Positions 49,288 through 58,679 of a DNA stretch of 64,000 nucleotides are shown piece after piece; within the stretch, counting starts at the first letter, position 1, and each line of letters starts with the position of its first letter. The stretch covers positions 33,972 to 97,971 of the forward strand of contig JAZDPL010000089.1 in the NCBI GenBank assembly GCA_043797665.1, read 5' to 3'. The translations under genes and the position numbers were made by a program. Under the pieces are notes generated by a model. That model searched no databases. It was not told the origin of the DNA and was given only the letters and a program-made list of their open reading frames with translations. The stretch comes from Candidatus Omnitrophota bacterium (GTDB lineage: Bacteria > Ratteibacteria > UBA8468 > MWAK01).

Positions 49288-49923
49288 TCAGCGGCGGGAG
49301 AAGTAGTCTGTTAAAATCTGGCGGTGGTCAAAGACGATTTCCTGCGGTAGTTTATCCCGGGTGAAAACTCCAATTTCAACCGCATCGTCTTTCGCCTGAG
49401 AGTTACCCTCCCCCTTCGCCACAAAAACAGTGGAGATGGTGTGGAAACGCGGGTCCCGGCCGGGTGCGCTGTAGGTGTGGAACTGGCGTAAGTCTTTTAT
49501 TCCTAAATTTGTCTCTTCCTTAGCCTCTCTGATTGCCGCCGCCTCCAAACTCTCCCCCCAATCCACAAAACCACCCGGGATTGCCCAGCCAAAAGGCGGG
49601 TTCTTTCTCTTAATCAAAACGACCCCGTCTTCATATTCAATGATGATATCTACAGTAGGTATGGGATAGCGTCCCAATTTACGCTGGGTGTAGCCCAAAT
49701 GTTCTTTCGCACGCCGTAAGGAGTTACGGGTTGACTGCCGAATCTTCTCCTCGTCGGTTTCAAAGTCCATACCCATGGTGGCGGCATGGATAACGTAGCC
49801 GGCCACACCGCCGCCCATCAACAAACAGTTATTAGCCGCATTAACAACGACGTCTACTTTCTGACCGGTAATATCGCCTTTTTCCACCCTGATTTCAGTT
49901 CCTTTAATCTCCATGACTCTCAA
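49288..49923 (-). CDS. Truncated macro domain fused to a NUDIX hydrolase
   Basis: Macro motifs GDIT..VVNAAN..MGGGVAG, then the Nudix box [24 protein letters not shown] and RDPR. Confidence 0.85.
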   Translation of the reverse strand: MRVMEIKGTEIRVEKGDITGQKVDVVVNAANNCLLMGGGVAGYVIHAATMGMDFETDEEKIRQSTRNSLRRAKEHLGYTQRKLGRYPIPTVDIIIEYEDGVVLIKRKNPPFGWAIPGGFVDWGESLEAAAIREAKEETNLGIKDLRQFHTYSAPGRDPRFHTISTVFVAKGEGNSQAKDDAVEIGVFTRDKLPQEIVFDHRQILTDYFSRR

Positions 49924-49926
49924 TAA

Positions 49927-51312
49927 TTAACCCTGGTAGAAAGCAAGGTAGGCGCGGTAGGTGCTGTAAATGTCCGCCTTGTGGCTTACCTCGTAGGGTG
50001 CGTGCATGGAAAGGAGCGCCGGACCGATGTCTATCGTCTCCAAATTCTGCTGGGCTAAGTATTTGGCGACGGTGCCGCCGCCGCCCTTGTCGATCCTGCC
50101 CAACTCACCGGTCTGCCAGAAAACCTTGTGTTTTTCAAAAAGTCTTCTCAAATAAGCCACGTATTCCGCGCTAACCTCGCTGCTGCTGAATTTTCCACCG
50201 TGTCCGGTGAATTTGGTCAAGACGGTACCATAGCCTAACCGGGGAGCGTTCTGGGATTCGCTGACGTCTTTGTAAGCCGGGTCAAGTCCCGCGTTGACGT
50301 CTCCGCTAATCGCGTAGGATTTGGCAAAGGCTTCGTTCATCGGTGCCTCTCCCAAGCCGGAAGACCGGCCTAAGAAGTACCGTAAAAAGGTTGACTTGGC
50401 ACTGGCAACGCCTTCACTGCCGATTTCTTCCCGGTCAACCAGAAGGCAGACTGCGGCATATTCCGGCTGTTTTATCCGAAAGAGAGCCTGAAGAGAGGTG
50501 TAGACACAGATACGGTCATCCTGGCCGTAACCCAAGATGAGACTCCGGTCTAACCCTAAGTCTTTCGCCGGACCGGCCGGAACCGCCTGTACTTCGGCAC
50601 TGACCAGGTCTTCTTCGGTAATTCCGTAGGCAGCGTAAAGGAATTTCAGGAGGGCATCTTTTACCCGCGTAGCACCCTTTTTAGCGTCGTCCTCTTTTTT
50701 CTTGGGTGCCGGCAGGGAACCGATTAACAGGTTCAGCGATTCACCCTGGATGGCTTCGGACATCTTCTTCTCCATCTGCTCCTTGGCTAAGTGCGGCAAG
50801 AGGTCGGTGATGGTAAAAACCGGCTCTCCTTCCTTTTCCCCTATCAGGACATCTTTTTTGGTGCCGTCTTTAAGGATGATTACGCCGTGGAGGCTTAAAG
50901 GGTTGGCTACCCAATGGTACTTCTTGATGCCGCCGTAGTAGTGGGTTTTGAGAAAGCCCAGGGCTTCTTCTTCTATCAAGGGCTGAGGTTTCAGGTCCAG
51001 GTGGGGCGAGTCAATGTGGGAAACGATGAGTCGAAAACCTTCGGAAAGAGGCTTCTTCCCGGGAACTATCAGACCAAAGCCATATGATCGGTTGGGCAGG
51101 TAGAACTTTGTTGGGGAAGACAAAGAAGATACAAGCCGAAAATCGTTGGTTTCCGCGGTCTTCTTTGTCCAGTTGACCGTTTCTCTTTCGGTCTTGACTT
51201 CAGAAAGGAATCGGCGGTACCCATCGGCAAAGTCAAAAACCTCTTTCCTCTCTTCTTTCGCAAGGCTATCCCAGACTAATTTTCGCTCGTAACGCAATCT
51301 GTCTTCAGACAT
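49927..51312 (-). CDS. M18 family aminopeptidase
   Basis: Motifs SHIDSP, THYYGGIKKY, GQDDR, DREEIGS and LSMH. Confidence 0.93.
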   Translation of the reverse strand: MSEDRLRYERKLVWDSLAKEERKEVFDFADGYRRFLSEVKTERETVNWTKKTAETNDFRLVSSLSSPTKFYLPNRSYGFGLIVPGKKPLSEGFRLIVSHIDSPHLDLKPQPLIEEEALGFLKTHYYGGIKKYHWVANPLSLHGVIILKDGTKKDVLIGEKEGEPVFTITDLLPHLAKEQMEKKMSEAIQGESLNLLIGSLPAPKKKEDDAKKGATRVKDALLKFLYAAYGITEEDLVSAEVQAVPAGPAKDLGLDRSLILGYGQDDRICVYTSLQALFRIKQPEYAAVCLLVDREEIGSEGVASAKSTFLRYFLGRSSGLGEAPMNEAFAKSYAISGDVNAGLDPAYKDVSESQNAPRLGYGTVLTKFTGHGGKFSSSEVSAEYVAYLRRLFEKHKVFWQTGELGRIDKGGGGTVAKYLAQQNLETIDIGPALLSMHAPYEVSHKADIYSTYRAYLAFYQG

Positions 51313-51322
51313 CGTTCCTCCT

Positions 51323-52285
51323 TTATACTTTACGTGCAAAATAAACGACGGCACCGATAAGGCTGTTAAAGAAAGAGATGACAAGCATAATCAGAGCCAA
51401 ACCGAAGGCGCTCTCCCGGCCCATCTGGTTTTGAAAGAAGAAGAGATAAGCGGTTTCCCGGACACCCAGCCCTCCTAAAGAAGGCACGGTGGTCGACGCC
51501 CAGATTAAGGGAATAGCCACCAGAAACGAGATGAATGGAATTGATGTCCTCAATCCCAATGCCACCAAATAGTTAGCCAAAATTGCCAGAATCTGGGTTA
51601 AGTATGAGACCAGAATCGCATAAGAGAAAGAACGGGTATCCTGGATATAGTTGTGGAACCCGTAATAGAGCCGGCGTAACCCCTCTTCAGGCTTTTTCCA
51701 CGGCAATAAGCGTACCGACCACCTGCCAGCCAACCTTCCCAATCTCTGCCAGGCAATCAAAAGGAAAAAGAGAAGAATGGCTAAAAAGACACCAACAACC
51801 ACGTAGGCTACGGACCGGGAAATATAAGGAAAACGTATCAGCACTGCGACAAAACATAAACTCATCACCGAAAGGGTACCGATTAAACGGTCGATGACGA
51901 TAGAAAGTCCCAAGTCTAACTTACGCTCTTTGTCTCTGAGGAAGTAGTAACCTTTCACCGCATCACCACCGGCGCCGGTTGGCAAAAAGTTATTAAAAAA
52001 GAAACCGATAAAGGTCAGTCGTAATAAGAGAATAAAAGGGATTTGTTCCCTTCTCAAAATAATCTGCCAGCGCCAGGTAACCAGAAATCCGCTGAAAACG
52101 CTCAATAAGGCGGCCGGTATCACGTATCCGGGAAGGACACCCTTTAAAGTGGTTGAAAGACCCGCCAGTTTTACCAGCGGGAATCTGGATGAGATAAACC
52201 GGCTGGCTGGCACAACCAGAATAAAAAGCAGAAAACCGGTTATCGCAATCCGGCCAAGGTTAAATAGGGATTTTTTCACTCGCAA
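51323..52285 (-). CDS. Lysylphosphatidylglycerol synthase TM (UPF0104/flippase-like) protein
   Basis: Motifs RW, FFNNFLP..GGD, DR and PSLGGLGVRE. Confidence 0.88.
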   Translation of the reverse strand: MRVKKSLFNLGRIAITGFLLFILVVPASRFISSRFPLVKLAGLSTTLKGVLPGYVIPAALLSVFSGFLVTWRWQIILRREQIPFILLLRLTFIGFFFNNFLPTGAGGDAVKGYYFLRDKERKLDLGLSIVIDRLIGTLSVMSLCFVAVLIRFPYISRSVAYVVVGVFLAILLFFLLIAWQRLGRLAGRWSVRLLPWKKPEEGLRRLYYGFHNYIQDTRSFSYAILVSYLTQILAILANYLVALGLRTSIPFISFLVAIPLIWASTTVPSLGGLGVRETAYLFFFQNQMGRESAFGLALIMLVISFFNSLIGAVVYFARKV

Positions 52286-52369
52286 TTAGTACAACCGCAT
52301 TAAGTTAATTAACATCAATAACCGTAGGGGCTTGATTCATCAAGCCCGCGGGTCGGATGAATCCGACCC

Positions 52370-52903
52370 CTACTTTTTCGGGCTGCTTAAGGCTTTAACC
52401 AGTTCTTTGCCGAACTCTTCCGCGGCGTCAGGACCGTCGGCAGTAATTATTTTGCCGTCAGACACCACCGGTGAGTTTAAATAATGAGCGCCTTCCTTTT
52501 CCAGGGTCTCTGCTTCGCTCGAAAAGACCGTGGCTTTCTTGCCTTTCAGAATCCCTGCCCGGGCTAAAATCCCCGGTGCGATACAGATTGCGCCTACTAT
52601 TTTACCCTTTTGATAAGCCTCCCGCGCCAGATTTAAAGCGGTTTTGTCGTTGAAGTAATCTGCCGAACCCGGACCACCCACAAAAACTACTCCCGTATAA
52701 TCATCCACCTTGACGTCAGAAAGGGCTACGTCAACCTTGGCGGTTCCGCCCAACTTTCCCCGGGCAATGCCTGCCTTTACGGAACCGGTCACCACCTGGT
52801 AACCGGCGGACTCCAGAATCGCCTTAGGCTTAAAGTATTCTTCATCCCGGAATCCGTTCTGCGCCACAACCAAAAGGACCATCGTCATCACCCCATTAAC
52901 CAT
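52370..52903 (-). CDS. DJ-1/PfpI family protein
   Basis: Motifs FRDEE, VGGPG, AICIAP and ITADGP. Confidence 0.93.
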   Translation of the reverse strand: MVNGVMTMVLLVVAQNGFRDEEYFKPKAILESAGYQVVTGSVKAGIARGKLGGTAKVDVALSDVKVDDYTGVVFVGGPGSADYFNDKTALNLAREAYQKGKIVGAICIAPGILARAGILKGKKATVFSSEAETLEKEGAHYLNSPVVSDGKIITADGPDAAEEFGKELVKALSSPKK

Positions 52904-52931
52904 ATCGTACCCTCCCCCGCAAACGTCTCTC

Positions 52932-53110
52932 CCTGTCCAGACAGCTTACTTGCCCGGGACACTTGTTAGTCCCCAGCGAGGACTAACTCCCTATCCAATT
53001 CAATGGATAGGGTACCCGTGCTCGGCGCTCCTCCGCGCTCTTTTCGCCTGCCGGCGAAAAACCCTGCCCGCTTGTCGTCACGACGCCCGGTCAAGTAACT
53101 GTCTGACAGG
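52932..53110 (-). ncRNA. Candidate structured ncRNA or cis-element (~180 nt)
   Basis: A long closing stem encloses at least three hairpins, and G-U pairs favour the minus strand. Class not identified. Confidence 0.4.
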
Positions 53111-53121
53111 ACACTACGCCT

Positions 53122-56100
53122 TTATACTCCTCCAGATTTTAACTGAATGGTGTTGAGGCTGTATTTGTTAACGGAAATTGAAGCTTTGTCTTTACGTACC
53201 GGGATTGTCTGACTGCCTTTACCAAAGAGGTCTGCTTTGAGAATGCTTTTCACCGGGAAGTTGAACTTCAGGGAAGATTTTCCTTTACGCCCCAGAACTT
53301 CATAGAACCTTAAGATAAGGTTCTTTCCGTCCAGAGACTGATAGAGAGAACTGGGGATACAGTTCTGGGACTGTAACTTAAGAAAAGAAAAAGAAGACGG
53401 CAGTTTACCCGGGTGTTTGGAAGCAAGTACCGCTGAGAGAGGCCGGTTATAAGAAACCGCCTCTTTAGCCATTTCTACCTGGTCTAATTTCCCGAACCGG
53501 AGACGGTAACCAACCTCCTGCGGTCCGCTGTCCGGTAGAACATCTGGTTCATACGGATTACGCAAGAGAGTCAGCGCGATATTGTTTCCGTCAACCGAGT
53601 AACCGTGCTTTTCCCGGTTAAGAAGCCCTAACCGGTAGTTGCCTTCCGCAAGTGATACCGCTTTCAGAGCGGGTAGTTCTTTTCCTTCGGTCTTGCGTAC
53701 CTGCCAGCCGAAGGGAATTTCAAACTCTGCCTGAGACCGGTCAAACCCGGCCCGGAACTTCACCCGGAGCATCGGAACTCCATCCCTTGATGAACCTTTC
53801 TCCTGCCAGTCGGTGAATAAGGAAAAATCAACCTGCGGCAGGCCGGCGTAGATAATGACCTTCTGGTCAATTGGAGAATCTTTGTACCTGCGTTTGATGC
53901 CTAAAACCAACCTTACCGAACCCTCTTCCAGAACCTTAAATTCTTCCAAGCCGAAAAGGTTTTCGGTCCGAAAGACGTTTCCGATAATCCAGGATGACAT
54001 CGGATGGGGTTTTTCCTGCAAGACCTGCAGAAGGTTACCGCAGGTTTCTGCCCAGTAAGAAGATTGGTCTTCGGAAACGGAACGGCCGACGCTTAAGACC
54101 TCTCTCTTACTTACCTTGTCGTAAAGCCTGCGGATAACTCCGGTGTCCGGTGCAATTTCCAGGCGGTAATAGTCGTTTTCAAAAATACCGGACTTTATAT
54201 CTGAAGAGAGATTGTCACGGTCGCTACCGCTCTCTCGCAATGACGAAAGAAATCCTTCTTTCAGCCAGTAGGTCCTATACCCAAAAGAGGGAACGTTATC
54301 CGCAATAAAGAGGGCACGCTTTTTTACCCCCCCACCTACACCTCCCCCGCAAGGGGGGGAGGATATAATTTGAACCGGTATCCTTTTCCCTTTTTCATCT
54401 ACCAGATAGACATCTTTCCCGGAAATGCCCGACGGAATAACAAACTCAACCGGCTCGCTCCTCTCCCAGCCCAATTGATTGAAGACCACCAACGGGGTAC
54501 CCTCACCCTGGGTATTAACCTGGTCAGCGATGAAGTTAAGAGATTCATTAATTAAACCGGTACTGCTCTCCAGGACTTCTTTCGCCAGGCCCCGGGAATA
54601 ACGGTATGACTCAGAGATGGCTGAACCGTCAAAAATGTCGTGGAACTGGTTAAAGAGCGTTGTCTGCCAACAGGATTCTAACTTTTGAACCGGATAGTCC
54701 TTACCCAGAAGGTTAGCCAGAGCGGCCAGCGTTTCCAGGGTCAAAAGGGTATTTTCACACTGCCGGTTGGCTCTTTTAATATCAGAATGGGTGGTGTAAC
54801 AACCTTCAAAAACTGAGTTCAATTCGGTTTTGATAACCGGGTAACCTTTCCGTTTCCGAACCGTATCGTAGTATTTACAGGTGGTGGAAAAAATAAGGGT
54901 TGGAATAACCGGTTTCAAGTCCAGACGTTTTTTGCGCAAGATGTCCTTGCGGGTCGGACCACCGCCGTGGTCACCAACGCCGTAGACAAACATACTTTCC
55001 ATCAAACCATAATTTTCTCTAAACCGCCGCGCTACCGTAGTTACACTTTCGGCAAAAATGTAAGCGTTATAGATACTGTTAAAAGATAAAACCTGACATC
55101 CGTCCAAACCCTGCCAATTAAAAATTGGATGAGTAAAACCACCGGAAAGAAACCGGCTGCCCGGCCGCATGAAATAGTAATCTTTGATGCCGGCGTGTGC
55201 CAGAATGGTAGGGATGGTGACCGGGTGGCCAAAGGTATCCGGCGACCACATAATCTTCGGCTCCACGCCAAAACGTTCCCGGTTATATTTCCGGCTGTAC
55301 AGGATGTGCCGGCAGATGGCTTCACCATCAGCCATATTGAGGTCGCCTTCCACCCAGGCATTGGCGGTAACGTCCCACCGACCCTCTTTTATCCTCTCCT
55401 TTACCCGCTCAAAAAGTTGCGGGTTATGTTCCTCCACAATCTTGTAAATATGGGACTGGCTCTGGGAAAAGGTGAGGTCCGGAAACTCATCCATTAACTT
55501 GGTTACCGTCTCGAAGTCGCGCAGGCAGACGTGAATCGTATCTTCATAGTTCCAGAGCCAGTTCATATCAATATGGCTGTGACCAATAAGATGAACACGA
55601 TGCTTCCTGGCAAAGGACCGGAAGGGTTCCAACTCTTTCTCTATTTCTTTAATGTTGGCAAATATCTCTTTCCACTCCCTTCTCTTTATTATCTCCGGGT
55701 CTATGAGAGAAAGAACCTTCTGAAAGCTTTTCTTCAACGGAGCCTTTTTTTCTTTTTCCAGAATGTTCCGGGCAAACTTTATCTGGGCAGAGACGGTGGA
55801 AATTTCAAAGAGAGCCTCCTCAACCACCGGAAAAGAAAAATACGCCCCAAAACTACCTAATCCGTCACCGGCCGGTGTCTTGAAGACCAAAAGATGTTCT
55901 CTGCCAAATGCTACTTTATCCGGTAAAAGAAGCGGTGTGGCAATCTTATCCGCCCAGAATTTATGCTGGTACAAAGAATCGCCATTCCAGAAAACTTCCA
56001 CTCCGGAAGGAAAGGTGAAATTCAGTTCTATCGGACTGCCGGTCAAGTCTATCCCCTCCACTTTTCCGGGAAACCGTATCTTCTTCCGAAAATAGGCGAT

Positions 56101-56280
56101 ACCGTCTTTCAACGACCAGGTCAACGCTTTCTTTACTTCCCAGTCAGCATCGTCAAATTCGGGGACTTCCGCACCGGTCACGTTCTGCCGGAACTTAAAT
56201 TCACTCAGCCCGCAAATTTTGCCGAGGGTGTCGGTAAGATTATTAACCTCTTTCTCCCAGGATTCAAAAACTTTGTCCAT
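53122..56280 (-). CDS. GH38 alpha-mannosidase
   Basis: Motifs HSHIDMNWLW, WSPDTFGH, GVGDHGGGPT, GCYTT and QFHDI. Confidence 0.93.
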   Translation of the reverse strand: MDKVFESWEKEVNNLTDTLGKICGLSEFKFRQNVTGAEVPEFDDADWEVKKALTWSLKDGIAYFRKKIRFPGKVEGIDLTGSPIELNFTFPSGVEVFWNGDSLYQHKFWADKIATPLLLPDKVAFGREHLLVFKTPAGDGLGSFGAYFSFPVVEEALFEISTVSAQIKFARNILEKEKKAPLKKSFQKVLSLIDPEIIKRREWKEIFANIKEIEKELEPFRSFARKHRVHLIGHSHIDMNWLWNYEDTIHVCLRDFETVTKLMDEFPDLTFSQSQSHIYKIVEEHNPQLFERVKERIKEGRWDVTANAWVEGDLNMADGEAICRHILYSRKYNRERFGVEPKIMWSPDTFGHPVTIPTILAHAGIKDYYFMRPGSRFLSGGFTHPIFNWQGLDGCQVLSFNSIYNAYIFAESVTTVARRFRENYGLMESMFVYGVGDHGGGPTRKDILRKKRLDLKPVIPTLIFSTTCKYYDTVRKRKGYPVIKTELNSVFEGCYTTHSDIKRANRQCENTLLTLETLAALANLLGKDYPVQKLESCWQTTLFNQFHDIFDGSAISESYRYSRGLAKEVLESSTGLINESLNFIADQVNTQGEGTPLVVFNQLGWERSEPVEFVIPSGISGKDVYLVDEKGKRIPVQIISSPPCGGGVGGGVKKRALFIADNVPSFGYRTYWLKEGFLSSLRESGSDRDNLSSDIKSGIFENDYYRLEIAPDTGVIRRLYDKVSKREVLSVGRSVSEDQSSYWAETCGNLLQVLQEKPHPMSSWIIGNVFRTENLFGLEEFKVLEEGSVRLVLGIKRRYKDSPIDQKVIIYAGLPQVDFSLFTDWQEKGSSRDGVPMLRVKFRAGFDRSQAEFEIPFGWQVRKTEGKELPALKAVSLAEGNYRLGLLNREKHGYSVDGNNIALTLLRNPYEPDVLPDSGPQEVGYRLRFGKLDQVEMAKEAVSYNRPLSAVLASKHPGKLPSSFSFLKLQSQNCIPSSLYQSLDGKNLILRFYEVLGRKGKSSLKFNFPVKSILKADLFGKGSQTIPVRKDKASISVNKYSLNTIQLKSGGV

Positions 56281-56432
56281 AAATGAAATCCTTTCTGTCT
56301 CCGGTTAAAAAATGACGTCTTTTGTCATCCTGAACGAACGTGAAGGATCTAAAAGATAGATTCTTCGGCTCCCTACCTTGATGGTAGGGAACCCGTGCCT
56401 CAGAATGACATAGTAGTATATTTTAACATAAA

Positions 56433-57323
56433 TCAGGGAAGATTTAATATCTGATGGATTGGCGGGATGAGCCGGACCGAAGGAAGGAACTTCCGGGCGG
56501 ATTTAAGAAATCCCAGAAGTTTTTGACTATCACACCAATAACCGTAGGGGCTTGATCCCTGTTTAACCCATACAGGGACATGTTTATCAAGCCCGCGGGG
56601 CGGATGAATCCGCCCCCTACATGAAGGATTTAATGTGTTTGTCTTAGTTACTGCCGGTTGAATAATGAAAACAACGTTAGAACTAATGCTCTGAACCAAC
56701 AGGGCGGCATAAGCGATATCCTTCTGAATGGTTTCTCCGGTAACCACGACTTTGACAAAAGTATTTGGCACCGGACAAACCGCCAGGGCTTCTTTCAGAA
56801 AAGGTTTATGGACTTCCCACAGGGGATTACCACCGGTGGCACTGGGCAACTTTATATCCACGGCGATGAAATCACACCATCTGCCAACCTTCTTAAGTTC
56901 CGCAGGCAGGGTTCCGTTGGTCTCTAAATAGACCTTAAACCCATTCCTTTTTAAACAGGGCAAAAGATTTCCCAGAAAGTCTGCCTGGAGTAAAGGTTCA
57001 CCACCGGTGAGAGCAACGGAATGAACCAGCCCGGCCTTTCTAATCCCCCTCAATCCCCCTTTGCAAAAGGCGGGTTCCCTTGCCCTCGGATGGGCAAAGG
57101 GGGATTGAGGGGGACTTCCCCTTGAGACCGATTTATTTAATGCGGCGATTAACTGAACCAGTTTTCGAACGGTAAATTCTCTTTCCGGCAGTTCCCGGGA
57201 AACGTCGCAGTACTTACAAGTAAGGTTACAGCCGGCAAACCGGATGAATATCTGGGGCAATCCGATAAAAACCCCTTCCCCTTGAATGGAATAGAAAATC
57301 TCTGTTATTCTGGCTGTGGACAT
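56433..57323 (-). CDS. queE: 7-carboxy-7-deazaguanine synthase QueE, with two in-frame repeat insertions
   Basis: Motifs EIFYSIQGEG, CNLTCKYCD, TGGEPLLQ and LETNGT. It lies in an operon with queC and queD. Confidence 0.93.
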   Translation of the reverse strand: MSTARITEIFYSIQGEGVFIGLPQIFIRFAGCNLTCKYCDVSRELPEREFTVRKLVQLIAALNKSVSRGSPPQSPFAHPRAREPAFCKGGLRGIRKAGLVHSVALTGGEPLLQADFLGNLLPCLKRNGFKVYLETNGTLPAELKKVGRWCDFIAVDIKLPSATGGNPLWEVHKPFLKEALAVCPVPNTFVKVVVTGETIQKDIAYAALLVQSISSNVVFIIQPAVTKTNTLNPSCRGRIHPPRGLDKHVPVWVKQGSSPYGYWCDSQKLLGFLKSARKFLPSVRLIPPIHQILNLP

Positions 57324-57337
57324 TTTTTCTGCCTAAC

Positions 57338-57479
57338 TAATACGAACGCATTAAATATTTTGACGTAGGGGTCGGATTTATCCGACCCGCGGGCTTGATA
57401 AACATGTCCCTGTATGGGTTAAACAGGGATCAAGCCCCTACAAAGTATTGATGTAAATTAACTTAATGCGTTTGTATTA
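57338..57479. mobile_element. MITE/REPIN-like element wrapping a GTAG REP doublet and supplying the queC stop
   Basis: Terminal inverted repeats TAATACGAACGCATTAA / TTAATGCGTTTGTATTA (16/17 match). The inner 77 bp is an inverted near-copy of 56544-56620. Confidence 0.75.
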
Positions 57480-58131
57480 AGGGGTCTGCCATGCCGGCTT
57501 CCGCAAAACCTTTGGCACGCAAGAAGCAACTGTCGCACTTCCCGCAGGGCTTCTTCCCTCCGGCGTAGCAGGACCAGGTTAAATGGTAAGGAACTTTCAG
57601 GCGTATGCCCAAACGGATAATATCTGCCTTGGAAAGACGCACCAGCGGAGCCAGAACCTTAATTGGCTTGCCTTCAACACCCCTTTTGGTTCCCTCCAGA
57701 ACCAGGTGGTTTAAAATCCGAAAGAATTGGGGACGACAGTCAGGATAACCGGAGAAATCAATACTATTGGCACCGATGAGCACAAAAGAGGCTCCAATTG
57801 CCTCAGCGTAAGAGAACCCAAAAGCGAGGAAGATAAGGTTACGGCCGGGAACATAGGTTGAAGGAATTTCAGGGGTTGTCGCAGAATAAAACTGCGGGAG
57901 AGGAACTTCAGGGTCAAGGAGACTGCTTCCTTGCCAGGGCAAAGAAATCCGGATTATCTTCAGGCCCACACCAGCTGCCCGGGCTAATTTTTTTGCGGCA
58001 GAAATCTCCTTTTTGTGGCGCTGGCAATAATCAAAGGCAAGCGGAAAAATGAAGTATCCGCGCTTCTTTGCCCAGTATAAAACGGTTGCGGAATCCAGCC
58101 CGCCGGAAAGTAAAACTACCGCCTTTTTCAT
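57463..58131 (-). CDS. queC: 7-cyano-7-deazaguanine synthase QueC
   Basis: Motifs LSGGLDS, TYVPGRN, GYPDCR and TWSCY..CGKCDSC. Confidence 0.97.
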   Translation of the reverse strand: MKKAVVLLSGGLDSATVLYWAKKRGYFIFPLAFDYCQRHKKEISAAKKLARAAGVGLKIIRISLPWQGSSLLDPEVPLPQFYSATTPEIPSTYVPGRNLIFLAFGFSYAEAIGASFVLIGANSIDFSGYPDCRPQFFRILNHLVLEGTKRGVEGKPIKVLAPLVRLSKADIIRLGIRLKVPYHLTWSCYAGGKKPCGKCDSCFLRAKGFAEAGMADPLIQTH

Positions 58132-58514
58132 AAGGGGGGGGCTGTCACAGAATAAATGGCGCGGCAATTCTCTGATTCCCAGACCGATACGCCGGCTACC
58201 TTGACTTTCTTATCAGGGAGCCGGGAAGAAAACTGGTCGAAGATATACCGGGCGATGTTTTCTGAGGTGGGATTAACCTTCTGGAAATATGGGTGCTGAT
58301 TAAGAAAAGTATGGTCCAGTTCTTGCAAGATTGCGGAAAGGATGCGTTTCACCTCGGCGAAATCAATCGCCATACCTATTTCGTTTACCTGTTCTGCCGA
58401 AAGGGTTACCGAAATTTTCCAGTTATGACCATGGAGATTCTCGCATTTTCCCTGATAACCCCGCAGATGATGCGCCGCGCTGAATGAATCCGTCACCGCT
58501 ACCTGATACCCCAT
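58128..58514 (-). CDS. queD: 6-carboxytetrahydropterin synthase QueD
   Basis: Motifs FSAAH, CENLHGHN, LDH and NPTSENIA. Confidence 0.97.
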   Translation of the reverse strand: MGYQVAVTDSFSAAHHLRGYQGKCENLHGHNWKISVTLSAEQVNEIGMAIDFAEVKRILSAILQELDHTFLNQHPYFQKVNPTSENIARYIFDQFSSRLPDKKVKVAGVSVWESENCRAIYSVTAPPL

Positions 58515-58679
58515 AAAACTTTAGACCTCGGATGTCATTCTGAAGCGTATTGTGCTACGGGTCCCCTAACCAATGCTCTGGTTAGGGTAGAATCTCTGAG
58601 ATTCTTCGCTATTGCTCAGAATGACAATTTAAGTTTTAGAATAACATATGCCGAAATTAATTGCAAAACTTACTCTGTT

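Noticed and set aside
52932..53110. Minimal RNase P RNA or SRP RNA
   Set aside because: The resemblance to GAGGAAAGUCC is only loose, there is no convincing P4 pairing, and the SRP domain IV motif is absent.
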